Shown: in pieces, positions 8,348-16,964 of the stretch | Layout of the letters: every line of letters starts with the position of its first letter | How positions within the stretch are numbered: position 1 is the first letter of the stretch | Assembly: GCA_965208105.1 (NCBI GenBank) | Contig: OZ242318.1 | Coordinates: 1,216,001-1,280,000, forward strand | From: Candidatus Latescibacterota bacterium | Lineage (GTDB): Bacteria; Latescibacterota; UBA2968; UBA8231 | Reading direction: 5' to 3' | Length of the DNA stretch: 64,000 nt | Translations under genes and position numbers: made by a program | The notes under the pieces: generated by a model | What the model was told of the DNA's origin: nothing | Database searches by the model: none | The model's input: the letters and a program-made list of their open reading frames with translations, nothing else

Positions 8348-9289
8348 GTGGACCAGGCCCCATCGAACAAAGGCACCCAACCCGCCCCGACGCTGATCCT
8401 GGACTGCGACCCCGGAGTGGACGACGCCATGGCCATCCTCCTCGCCCTGGGAGCGCCAGGAGCCGAGGTGCTGGGCATATCCACCGTGTGCGGCAACGTG
8501 CCGGTGGAGCGGGCCACCCGCAACGCGTTGCAGGTGGTGGAGCTGGCCGGCCGTACGGAGGTGGGAGTCTACGAAGGTGCGCGAAAACCGCTGGGTCGCG
8601 ACCCCTTCCACGCCGAGCATTTCCACGGCGAGAGCGGTCTGGGGCGGGCGCGGCTGCCCGACCCGGGCACGGGTCCCCGGGGAGACGCGGTCGATTTCCT
8701 CGTCGATGCCCTGGGCGACCGGCCCGGTGCCGTGACCCTGGTTGCCCTCGGTCCCCTTACCAACCTTGCCCGGGCCGAACGGCGGCGTCCGGGGGTTTTG
8801 CGCCTGGCCCACAAGGTCGTGGTGATGGGCGGAGCCGTGAGGGTTCCCGGGAATGTGACCGCGGCGGCGGAGTTCAATTTCTACGCCGATCCGGCGGCCG
8901 CCCGCCAGGTTGTGCGCTCCGGCGCCCGGCTTGTGCTGGTGAGTCTGGACGCGACCGGCAAGGTGGCTCTGGAGCGCGGGGACATGGAAAATTGCCGCGG
9001 TCCCCTGGGCCGTTTCTGCCGCGCCGCCGCCGAGACCGGCTTCGCCTTCGCCGAGGCGGCCAGGGGCGCCGGAAGGTTTCACCTGCATGATCCGACCGCG
9101 GTGGCCCTGGCCCTGGCCCCTCGGCTGGGCCGAGGTGAGACCCTCGGCCTGGACGTGGAGTGCGATGACCCGGCCGCGGCCGGCCAGATCCTCGTGGACG
9201 AGGGCGGAGGGCACCCCGTGCTCTGTATCCTGGATGCGGACCGGGACGGGGTGGTGGAGCTTTTCAGCCGCCACGTCCTTTCCCGCTAG
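8348..9289 (+). CDS. Inosine/uridine-preferring nucleoside hydrolase
   Basis: Motifs DCDPGVDDA, LGPLTNLA, AEFNFYADP and LHDP. GTG start at 8348 after GAAAGGA. Confidence 0.92.
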   Translation: MDQAPSNKGTQPAPTLILDCDPGVDDAMAILLALGAPGAEVLGISTVCGNVPVERATRNALQVVELAGRTEVGVYEGARKPLGRDPFHAEHFHGESGLGRARLPDPGTGPRGDAVDFLVDALGDRPGAVTLVALGPLTNLARAERRRPGVLRLAHKVVVMGGAVRVPGNVTAAAEFNFYADPAAARQVVRSGARLVLVSLDATGKVALERGDMENCRGPLGRFCRAAAETGFAFAEAARGAGRFHLHDPTAVALALAPRLGRGETLGLDVECDDPAAAGQILVDEGGGHPVLCILDADRDGVVELFSRHVLSR

Positions 9290-9370
9290 AAACCGGGGAT
9301 ACCTGCCTCCGGTCCGGGCGGCCTGCCCTGCCGGTGGCGCAGCGGCCGGGTAGCCAGGCGGCATATGGGG

Positions 9371-9410
9371 GGTGATCTCGCGCCCGTCTCACACGGGGCG
9401 GGAGATCACC
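9371..9410. terminator. Imperfect hairpin between convergent genes
   Basis: GGTGATCTCGCGCCCGT...ACGGGGCGGGAGATCACC overlaps the stop of the DUF6785-like gene. No U-tract. Confidence 0.3.
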
Positions 9411-11379
9411 AGGTATGCACCGTATGCGGGTCCAGGGGAAACCAGATATAGTCCACCAGATCGGAGAGCATGGCACCGATCACGTAGCCGATGCCGAGCC
9501 CGTAGAAGAACAGCTTGCCCTTGTTGTAGGACCGCACCCCCCCGAAGCGCAGCAGGGTGAACTTTGCCAGCCATACCAGGGCCAGGGTGGCCCAGTAGCG
9601 CTGCGGCGAGGGGGTGTACTGGAAGGCAAGTCCGATGGGGTGCAGGGGGAACCAGTGAAAGTGGGCGCGCAGCAGGGCGAGGCCCATGGCCTCGAAGAAC
9701 CCCAGCAGCCACACCGCCCAGCGCTCGAGGTGAGGGATGCGCGGGTTTTCGATCAGCTCCACCATGTAGTCGAAGGCGGCGATGCCCGCTCCCACGCTGC
9801 GCAGCATGCCCCCGCCGTAGCCGTCGGTAAGGGCCGCAACCGCGGCCGCGAAGAAACCCACCACGAAGGCCAGGAGCACCGCCGCAGCCACCTTCCAGGG
9901 CTGCACCTTCATGGAGAAGATCTTCAGAATGTGGGGTATGGCCGGCCACGCCGAGACCCGGAAGTTGCCGAAGAAGGCGTGGCTGGCGACCACGCTGAAG
10001 GCCACCAGACTCTGGGAGGAGAGGCGGACCGTGCCCACCAGCTCGAGGAGGAAATCCTTGCCCTTCATGTGGTCCCAGTCGGGCAGCAGATAGGTGAAGC
10101 CGGTGGCGGCGACGAGCTTGGCGATGAGGAAGTAGATCAGCGCGGTCAGCAGGAACACCCCCGCGGCCAGGGGCAGACTCATTCCCAATGCGACCATCCA
10201 CCCCACCACGTAGATACCCGAAAGCACCAGGCCGGCCAGCACCAGCCGGTAGCGCCACACCTCGTCCCGGTCCCCCTCTCCCGTTCGCACCTGGCGCCAC
10301 ACCCTGCGCAGGTGCCCCCGCGCCAGCCAGAACGACCACGCCACCACGAAGAACATGGCCCCGTAGCTCTCCATCTGCAGGATCTTCTCCCACCCCATGG
10401 GGTGTCCCGCACTGCCCAGGGAGAACCCAACCCGGTGCATGGCCGCCCCCTTCATCACCGCGAAGAAGTAGAAGGCCACGAGGCTGCCCAGGATGTCCAG
10501 GGGACACAGGTACATCATGATCATGAGCAGGGGAAGAATCCGCACCCAGAGCACCGGGAAGGGGTCACCCAGCTCCAGGTCGTAGACCTTCCAGTAGAAC
10601 TCGAGGGGCGGCACGCCCGGAGTGAAGTAGGTGCAGATGCTGTAGAGGATGGGGAGGAAGGCGGCGGCGAACCCGACCCAGAACAGCCTGGTGCGAAAGA
10701 TTTCCGGCATGCGCCCCGGTCCGTCGACGCCGCGGGTCAGCTCCAGGGGCAACTGCGCCATGGGAAAGGCGAGGCGCTCCTGCTCCTCCCACTGGCGCTG
10801 GAAGAGCACGATGAGACAGAATCCGAATACCACCAGGGCCACGGACACGCTCAGCCACTGCATGGTCGCCCCCAGCCAGCCGTCCCAGGGCACGGGCGCT
10901 CCCTGGGGAAGCCCCAGCCAGAAGGCGTCGATCACGCGACCGGAGGTTTCGGGGAATACGTGCCAGGGAAGATAGTCGAAGAGAGTCTCGGCCCACTGGT
11001 TTTCGGCGGAGTCGAAGTAGGCCGGGGCGGCCAGGATGAGGGCCCAGTAGGCCATCCACCCCGACCCCGAGATGGTGCCCGCCACCCAGAGCATGCCGAA
11101 AATGGTGAGCAGTTCGCCGCGCCTGAGCGCAATGGCCGGGCACAGCCGCTTGAGCGCGACGTTGGCGAAGAGCCAGACCACGAATGCGCCGAGCACCACC
11201 AGGGGCAGCTGGGACTTAACCGCTATATCGATCCCGTAGAAGATGGCGGCAATGGTCAACGCCCCCAGCACCATGGCGCGCAGGGTGATTCGAGGCCCCC
11301 GTCTGCGCAGCTCCACCAGGGGGGAGGTCTCCTGGGAACCCCTATCTTCCGGCATGGGCGGTTGGGCGGTTGAGGCCAT
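9406..11379 (-). CDS. DUF6785/DUF6784-like polytopic membrane protein (putative transporter)
   Basis: Many hydrophobic segments and motifs ITLRA, GELLTI, RQWEEQERLAFP, YLCPLDILGS and HWFPLHPIG. Paralogue of 16965-18983. Confidence 0.75.
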   Translation of the reverse strand: MASTAQPPMPEDRGSQETSPLVELRRRGPRITLRAMVLGALTIAAIFYGIDIAVKSQLPLVVLGAFVVWLFANVALKRLCPAIALRRGELLTIFGMLWVAGTISGSGWMAYWALILAAPAYFDSAENQWAETLFDYLPWHVFPETSGRVIDAFWLGLPQGAPVPWDGWLGATMQWLSVSVALVVFGFCLIVLFQRQWEEQERLAFPMAQLPLELTRGVDGPGRMPEIFRTRLFWVGFAAAFLPILYSICTYFTPGVPPLEFYWKVYDLELGDPFPVLWVRILPLLMIMMYLCPLDILGSLVAFYFFAVMKGAAMHRVGFSLGSAGHPMGWEKILQMESYGAMFFVVAWSFWLARGHLRRVWRQVRTGEGDRDEVWRYRLVLAGLVLSGIYVVGWMVALGMSLPLAAGVFLLTALIYFLIAKLVAATGFTYLLPDWDHMKGKDFLLELVGTVRLSSQSLVAFSVVASHAFFGNFRVSAWPAIPHILKIFSMKVQPWKVAAAVLLAFVVGFFAAAVAALTDGYGGGMLRSVGAGIAAFDYMVELIENPRIPHLERWAVWLLGFFEAMGLALLRAHFHWFPLHPIGLAFQYTPSPQRYWATLALVWLAKFTLLRFGGVRSYNKGKLFFYGLGIGYVIGAMLSDLVDYIWFPLDPHTVHTW

Positions 11380-11483
11380 GTCCTCCAGGTGATATTCGCT
11401 TCAATGCGGGCAGGGTTCAGCGGGTGAAGTCGGGCCAATTCGGGCATCACAGTCCACCGGGGCCCTGCCGGTCGCAGGCGGGT

Positions 11484-12335
11484 TCAATCCCCTTCTCCCT
11501 CCCGCTCCCAGCGGCTCGGGTCCATCCCCGGGGCCGTCTGCGCCATGCCGGCCGGTTTGTTTGGCACCTCGAAGTCCCAGTAGCGGGTGTTGGGATCGGC
11601 GAACAGGGGACGGACATCAGGAGGCAAGCCGGCAAGGTCGGCTTCGTTCCACTGCTCCACCGGGCTGATGGGGCCGGCCCAGGCCGGCCGATAGGCCGCG
11701 GATATCATGGTACGCGAGCGGCTGCCCACATTGGGCAGGGTGCCGTGGAAGGTGCGGTGGTTGAGGAAGAGGGCAGACCCCGCCCTGCAGGGCACCACCA
11801 CCTCCTCGGGGTGGCGCTCGTAGCGTTTGTAGGGATTGGCGTCGGCGTGCATGCACAGGTGCGAACGCGGGACCACTCTGAAGGGCGACACGTCCATGGT
11901 CAGGTCATCCAGGTAGTAGAGCACGCGAATGGTGAAGGGACAACTCCCCTGGTATCCGAAGATGGTGGACCCGTAGGGTTGACCGTCGGTGTGCAGGCTG
12001 ATGCCCGGGGTGCCGGGCTCGGAGCGGTCGCAGCCGGCGCGGATGAACACGATCTCCGAGCCGAACACCTGGCGCAGGAAGGCCATGGTGGGGGGGTGGG
12101 CCAGAAGCTCGGTGACGGCCCCTCCCCTGAACTCGACGTTGGAAGTACTGCGCTGGTGTTCGCTGTAGTCCCTGGGATTGCTCTCCCAGGTCGCGGCCTG
12201 GGCTTTGAGACGGGCTACCTGCTCCGGAGAGAGTATATCGGGTATCATCAGATACCCTTCCAGCTCCACCTGCCTGATGCGCTCGCCCGGACTCAGGGCG
12301 GACCAGTCGCGGCTGTCGATCTTTCTGTCCTCCAT
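11484..12335 (-). CDS. Phytanoyl-CoA dioxygenase (PhyH) family Fe(II)/2OG oxygenase
   Basis: HTD...FHG facial triad, VVPRSH and AGSALFLN. Start ATG 12335 (MEDRKIDS). Confidence 0.88.
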   Translation of the reverse strand: MEDRKIDSRDWSALSPGERIRQVELEGYLMIPDILSPEQVARLKAQAATWESNPRDYSEHQRSTSNVEFRGGAVTELLAHPPTMAFLRQVFGSEIVFIRAGCDRSEPGTPGISLHTDGQPYGSTIFGYQGSCPFTIRVLYYLDDLTMDVSPFRVVPRSHLCMHADANPYKRYERHPEEVVVPCRAGSALFLNHRTFHGTLPNVGSRSRTMISAAYRPAWAGPISPVEQWNEADLAGLPPDVRPLFADPNTRYWDFEVPNKPAGMAQTAPGMDPSRWEREGEGD

Positions 12336-12516
12336 TGAAGTTGCTCCTGGGTTGGGACGGCGGCAGCGGCGGAATGGTGCAGGTCCTGCAGGGGCAGGCC
12401 TCATCCGGCCGCCGCCGCCAGCTCCGGTTGTTATTTTTCAGGAAGAATTCGACTCCCCGCTCCTGCCTCGAATGAGAAGGGTCATTCCCTTCCGAAGTAC
12501 CCTGCGGACCAGGGGC

Positions 12517-14727
12517 TCAACTCCGCGGTCTGCGCACGTAGACAGGACTGCTCCAGGCCCTCGCCCGGTCCACCTGCACCACCCTCACCCAGTAGGGCCA
12601 CTCTCCTTCAAGCGGCGACGTATCGCGGTACTCCAGCTCGATCCGCTGCGGTCCGTCCTCCGCGGGCGCCGGTCCCACCTCCACGAACTTGCCCTCCCCA
12701 CCAGCTTTCACCACCATGGGCGCCCGCAGCACCTGCTCCAGGCGGAAATCGAAGGAGCATTGCCGCGACTCGAAGCGGCCCGCCCCGGCTCCCTCCACCC
12801 TGCACACCAGGCCCATGTCGTTGCCCCCGGTAGCGGAGTTCCACCGGAGGGAATGGGGACCGTCCTGCCTGATGCGGTCGGCGCCGCTCTGCAACCCGAT
12901 CCCGCGCGCCTCCTCGATGAGTCCTTCCTCGAGGTGCACCGTGCCGTCCCAGACCACGAGCTGATCTCTCGCCGTTCCGCGCTTCTCGGCTCCCCCCCAG
13001 AGCACCCGCAGGGACCCGGCCTGCACCCGCCCGGTTCGCCAGCTGCACAGCACCTCGACCCCGCGCAGCAAGTCCACCCTCTCCACCGCCGCGGTGCCCT
13101 CCACCTGGATGCGCACCAGGGGCCGGCCGCCGGTTTCATATTCTTCGCCCATGGTCCGGCCATCCACGTCCACCCGCAGCAGAATGCGTTCCCCGCTGGT
13201 GGCATAGCAGCGCCTCGCCCTGAAAGCCCGCCAGAGCCCCTCCCGGGTCAGCTCTTCGGCAAGGACCGCGGTGAGCCCGTTGCGCACCGTGCGCGACATC
13301 CTCCGGCCCGGCTGGCAGGCTCCGGGACGTCCCATCACCCCGTCCGATCCCCCGGTTACCCCGACCTTGTAGCCCCGGCGCAGGGCGTCCTCCACGAACC
13401 ACTCCGAGGTAGCGTGAGTCGAGTGGATCTCGAAGAGGGGCTCGATGGCGGGCTCGTGATAGTCCAAGTTGGTGGGACGCCCGCCAACGTGCAGATTGAG
13501 GATCACCTCCTCGCCGCGCATGGCCGCCAGGAACTCCGGCGCCCGCGGCAGGTCGGGCTCAGGATCGGGCTCCTCCTCGCGGAAGAACCGTCCCGAGCGC
13601 CGCAGCCTCCTCTCGTCGCCGCGATAGATCACGTTGCGGTCGCCCCCGTCCTCGGTGGGGGGGCTCCACTCGCAGCCCAGATAACACGCGAACCGACCCG
13701 GGGCGTCGAAGTCCCGCGAAACCTGCCGCACGTGGTCCCAGACCTCGGCCCCGACGTAGTGGTCGTTGGCCTGCTGGCTGGCGAACTGCAGCCCGGCCAC
13801 GTCGCGGGCGTAGGCGAAATGGTCCTCCAGGGATCCGGCCCCGCAGCCGATGTCGGTCTGGCCCGAGTGCAGGTCGCCCCAGAAGAGCTTCAGCGCCGGC
13901 GGCGACCGATGGACGCGCACCGGGTTTCCCACCGCCTGCAGTCCGGTACCGGCGGCTTCGAACCTGGGGCGGAAGACTCCGGGGGTCCGCCAGCGCAGGG
14001 CATAGCGGTATACGCCCGCGGTGTCTCCACCCTCCCCCTTCCAGCTCATCCCCTCTTCCGGGAGCACCCGGGGGGCGGCGGCCAGCGGGATCGGGTTGCC
14101 CCACCTGTCTTCGGCGCGGACCGTCAAGGGAATCTCCTCCTGGACCACCCCCTCCGAAGGGGATACGGCCACCAGCCGCACCGGCGGTCCCGGCTGCAGG
14201 GGGAATGAAGGAGGATCGGGCAGCCGGATCCAGTCGTCGCCGCCCTCGGGATTGATCAGAAGGAGAAATCCCGCCGAGCGCGCCGCGAAGGTGGGCGCTC
14301 CCCAGCCGTCGCGCCCTCCGCACAGCAAATCGACCCGGTCGCCGCGGCGCAGTTTCCCCGCCTGCACCCGCAGCTCTATGTGATGATTCCAGGGATCGAG
14401 ATCCCCCCTGGGCTCGAAGACGGCATCGATTGCGGCGGCGGCCCTCACCTCCATGTCCTCCCTGCCCAGGACGGTCCAGTCGAAGGGCCAGCGCCAGGCG
14501 ATCCGCAGGCGGCCGCCCCTTCCTAGCTCCGTTGCCCCGATCTCGAAACCGAAGGAGACGCGCAGCCGCTCTCCAACCACCGGGTCTCCTGCGGGCTCGC
14601 ATGTAGCCGCTCCATGCCGCCGCCGGCGCTCGCCGGGGCTCAACCCCGCCATGTGCCAGACCTGGCCCCTGCCTGGAAAACCACTGACAGGCAAGGCCTC
14701 CTTCCCAGTATTGCAAGGCGTCTTCAT
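12517..14727 (-). CDS. DUF3604-like / PHP-fold putative metallohydrolase
   Basis: WGDLH, NDH, GCEWS, EIHSTH, GGSDG..GRPG, GLTAV...ARRCYATSG and C-terminal AWSSP. ATG 14727 overlaps the purM stop (ATGA). Confidence 0.75.
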   Translation of the reverse strand: MKTPCNTGKEALPVSGFPGRGQVWHMAGLSPGERRRRHGAATCEPAGDPVVGERLRVSFGFEIGATELGRGGRLRIAWRWPFDWTVLGREDMEVRAAAAIDAVFEPRGDLDPWNHHIELRVQAGKLRRGDRVDLLCGGRDGWGAPTFAARSAGFLLLINPEGGDDWIRLPDPPSFPLQPGPPVRLVAVSPSEGVVQEEIPLTVRAEDRWGNPIPLAAAPRVLPEEGMSWKGEGGDTAGVYRYALRWRTPGVFRPRFEAAGTGLQAVGNPVRVHRSPPALKLFWGDLHSGQTDIGCGAGSLEDHFAYARDVAGLQFASQQANDHYVGAEVWDHVRQVSRDFDAPGRFACYLGCEWSPPTEDGGDRNVIYRGDERRLRRSGRFFREEEPDPEPDLPRAPEFLAAMRGEEVILNLHVGGRPTNLDYHEPAIEPLFEIHSTHATSEWFVEDALRRGYKVGVTGGSDGVMGRPGACQPGRRMSRTVRNGLTAVLAEELTREGLWRAFRARRCYATSGERILLRVDVDGRTMGEEYETGGRPLVRIQVEGTAAVERVDLLRGVEVLCSWRTGRVQAGSLRVLWGGAEKRGTARDQLVVWDGTVHLEEGLIEEARGIGLQSGADRIRQDGPHSLRWNSATGGNDMGLVCRVEGAGAGRFESRQCSFDFRLEQVLRAPMVVKAGGEGKFVEVGPAPAEDGPQRIELEYRDTSPLEGEWPYWVRVVQVDRARAWSSPVYVRRPRS

Positions 14728-15764
14728 CGCCACTCCAGATCCCCGGCGAACCTGACCGCCTTCGAGCCCTCGGCGATTCTGCCGATGGCGAAACTGTCGC
14801 AACCCTTCCCCTGCAGGTGGGAGATGATCTCCTCCTGGGCCCCGGGGGACACGACGGCGGCCAGGCCCACTCCCATGTTGAAGGTCCTGAGCATCTCGGC
14901 GTCGGCGACGTTTCCCGTCCCGCGGATTACCTTGAAGACCTCCTGGGGCCTCAAACTGGCGAGATCCACCTGTGCGTCCAGGGAGGCGGGAAGGATGCGG
15001 TTGAGGTTGTCCTGAAGGCCGCCTCCGGTTATGTGCGCCAGTCCCTTCAGGCCGGGATGGGCGAACAAGTCCCTGACGGCCAGATAGTAGCATTCGTGGG
15101 GGCGCATGATGACCTTCAGAAAGGTCTCCCCCTCGACGTCGCGGTCTTCGAGCCCTGGCTCCATCTGCAGGAGCCGGCGGACCAGGGTATAGCCGTTGGT
15201 ATGCAGTCCGTTGGAGGCGACCGCCAGCACCGCGTCACCGGCTTCGATCCTCGATCCATCGATGATCCGGCTCCTCTCCACCACACCCACCAGGGCGGCG
15301 CTGAGCACGTACTCTCCCGCCGCGATCACTCCCGGCTGGACCGAGGTTTCCCCGCCGGTGAGCACGCATCCCTGGTCCCGGCAGGCAGCGGCCATGCCCT
15401 CGACAATGGCCTTCACCGTCTCCGCCTCCATCTCCCCGCAGATGATGCAGTCCTGGGCGTAGTAAGGTTCCGCACCCATGACGATGACGTCGTTTATCAG
15501 GTGGTTTATGAGATCGCGGCCGATGGAATCGGCCAGGCCGTGCTGAAAGGCCAGCTTCTGCTTGGAGCCCGGTTCCTCCATCTTGAGGACGAGAACGGGC
15601 TGGTCGTAGCCGGGGAAACTGGCGTCGACCAGGCTGCCGAACGCCCCCATGGTGTTGAGCAGGCGCGGGTCGCCGCGGTCTATGGAAGACTTCATCAGGC
15701 GCTTCACCGCGTCGGTCTCATCCAGGTCTACGCCGCTCCCGGCATAGGACAATCCATCGCTCAT
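14724..15764 (-). CDS. purM: Phosphoribosylformylglycinamidine cyclo-ligase (AIR synthetase), divergent
   Basis: SYAGSGVD, GAFGSL, GGET, SNGLHTNGY, AHITGGG and RTFNMGVG. The canonical DGVGTK is replaced by EEPGSK. Confidence 0.85.
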   Translation of the reverse strand: MSDGLSYAGSGVDLDETDAVKRLMKSSIDRGDPRLLNTMGAFGSLVDASFPGYDQPVLVLKMEEPGSKQKLAFQHGLADSIGRDLINHLINDVIVMGAEPYYAQDCIICGEMEAETVKAIVEGMAAACRDQGCVLTGGETSVQPGVIAAGEYVLSAALVGVVERSRIIDGSRIEAGDAVLAVASNGLHTNGYTLVRRLLQMEPGLEDRDVEGETFLKVIMRPHECYYLAVRDLFAHPGLKGLAHITGGGLQDNLNRILPASLDAQVDLASLRPQEVFKVIRGTGNVADAEMLRTFNMGVGLAAVVSPGAQEEIISHLQGKGCDSFAIGRIAEGSKAVRFAGDLEWR

Positions 15765-15800
15765 CCTGCCTCCTTCCTGCGCTTACCGGCGACGCTCCTT

Positions 15801-15835
15801 ACAATATTGACCCTGTCCCGTTTTAGCAATACATT
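15801..15835. promoter_or_regulatory. Overlapping divergent sigma70-like promoters (purM / dehydrogenase)
   Basis: Plus strand TTGACC-N17-TACATT (15807-15835); minus strand TTGCTA-N17-TATTGT (15829-15801). Confidence 0.45.
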
Positions 15836-15863
15836 ATCCGCCCCCGTCACCAGAAGGCGATAG

Positions 15864-16829
15864 ATGCCCGACACCAAGATCGTCGCCACCGGACCGCTCG
15901 CACAGGTCGCCGTCGACATTCTGCAGGAATCCGGCGAACTGGTCATCGCCCCCGACTTCAGCGAGGACAGCCTCATCCCGCTCCTCGGCGACGCCGCTGC
16001 TCTCGTGGTCCGCGGCGAAGGATCGGCCAGCGCCCGGGTCATCGCCGCCGCCCCGCGCCTGGCGGTCATCGGCCGCAGCGGAGTGGGCTACAACAACATC
16101 GACATCGCCGCCGCCAGCTCGCGCCGGATCCCCGTGGTATTCACTCCGGGCGCCGGCGCACGCGCCGTAGCCGAGGGCGCCATGGCCCTGTTACTCGCCC
16201 TGTGCAAGAACCTGTCCTACTGGGACGAGCAGCTCAAGGCCGGCAACTGGCACAGCCGCTTCGAGAGCTCTCCGGGAGACCTGGAGGGAGCTACTCTCGG
16301 CATCGTCGGATTCGGCCGCATAGGACAGGACCTCGCCCGGCTCGCATCCCCTTTCGACATGGCCATCATCGCCCACGATCCCTACGTGCCGGAGGAGGAT
16401 GCGGAAAAGCTCGGCGTTCGCCTGCTGCCCCTCCCCGATCTTTTCAGCACCTCCGATTTCATCAGCCTGCACGCCGCCGCAACGGCGGAGAACCGCGGCA
16501 TGATCGACGCGGGGCTGCTGCGCCGGGTCAGGAAAGGCGCCATCCTGGTGAACATGGCGCGCGGCGACCTGCTGCAGGACCTCGACGTGCTGCACCAGTG
16601 CCTGATGGACGGGCGCCTGGCCGGGGTGGGCCTGGACGTCTTCGCCCCGGAGCCTCCCGACGTGAGCCACCCCATCTTCAAGCTGCCCAACTGCCTAACC
16701 ACCCCCCATGCCCTCGGCACCTCGCGCCGCGCCACCGCCAAGATCTTCAGCTCCATGGCGCGGGACGTGGTCGCGGTTCTCGAGGGCCGGCGGCCCCGCT
16801 TCGTGGTCAATCCCGACACCCTTTCCTGA
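15864..16829 (+). CDS. D-isomer-specific 2-hydroxyacid dehydrogenase (SerA-like, no ACT domain)
   Basis: RSGVGYNNID, GIVGFGRIG, NMARG, GLDVFAPEP and TPHALG. Confidence 0.9.
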   Translation: MPDTKIVATGPLAQVAVDILQESGELVIAPDFSEDSLIPLLGDAAALVVRGEGSASARVIAAAPRLAVIGRSGVGYNNIDIAAASSRRIPVVFTPGAGARAVAEGAMALLLALCKNLSYWDEQLKAGNWHSRFESSPGDLEGATLGIVGFGRIGQDLARLASPFDMAIIAHDPYVPEEDAEKLGVRLLPLPDLFSTSDFISLHAAATAENRGMIDAGLLRRVRKGAILVNMARGDLLQDLDVLHQCLMDGRLAGVGLDVFAPEPPDVSHPIFKLPNCLTTPHALGTSRRATAKIFSSMARDVVAVLEGRRPRFVVNPDTLS

Positions 16830-16964
16830 GCAGGGGAGGCTCATGCCCCCGGCCGGATCGGGCGCCGCTCCAGCCCGGGTTTCGCCCGTCGGATACCAAC
16901 TGCCGGGCAAGGATGGCTCCGCCCGCTCGAGCCGCAATTCATCCCGGCCCGGCATGAACGGAAA

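Noticed and set aside
15864-16829. Calling this gene serA
   Set aside because: It has no ACT domain, is far from serC, and the family has many paralogues, so the substrate cannot be assigned from sequence.
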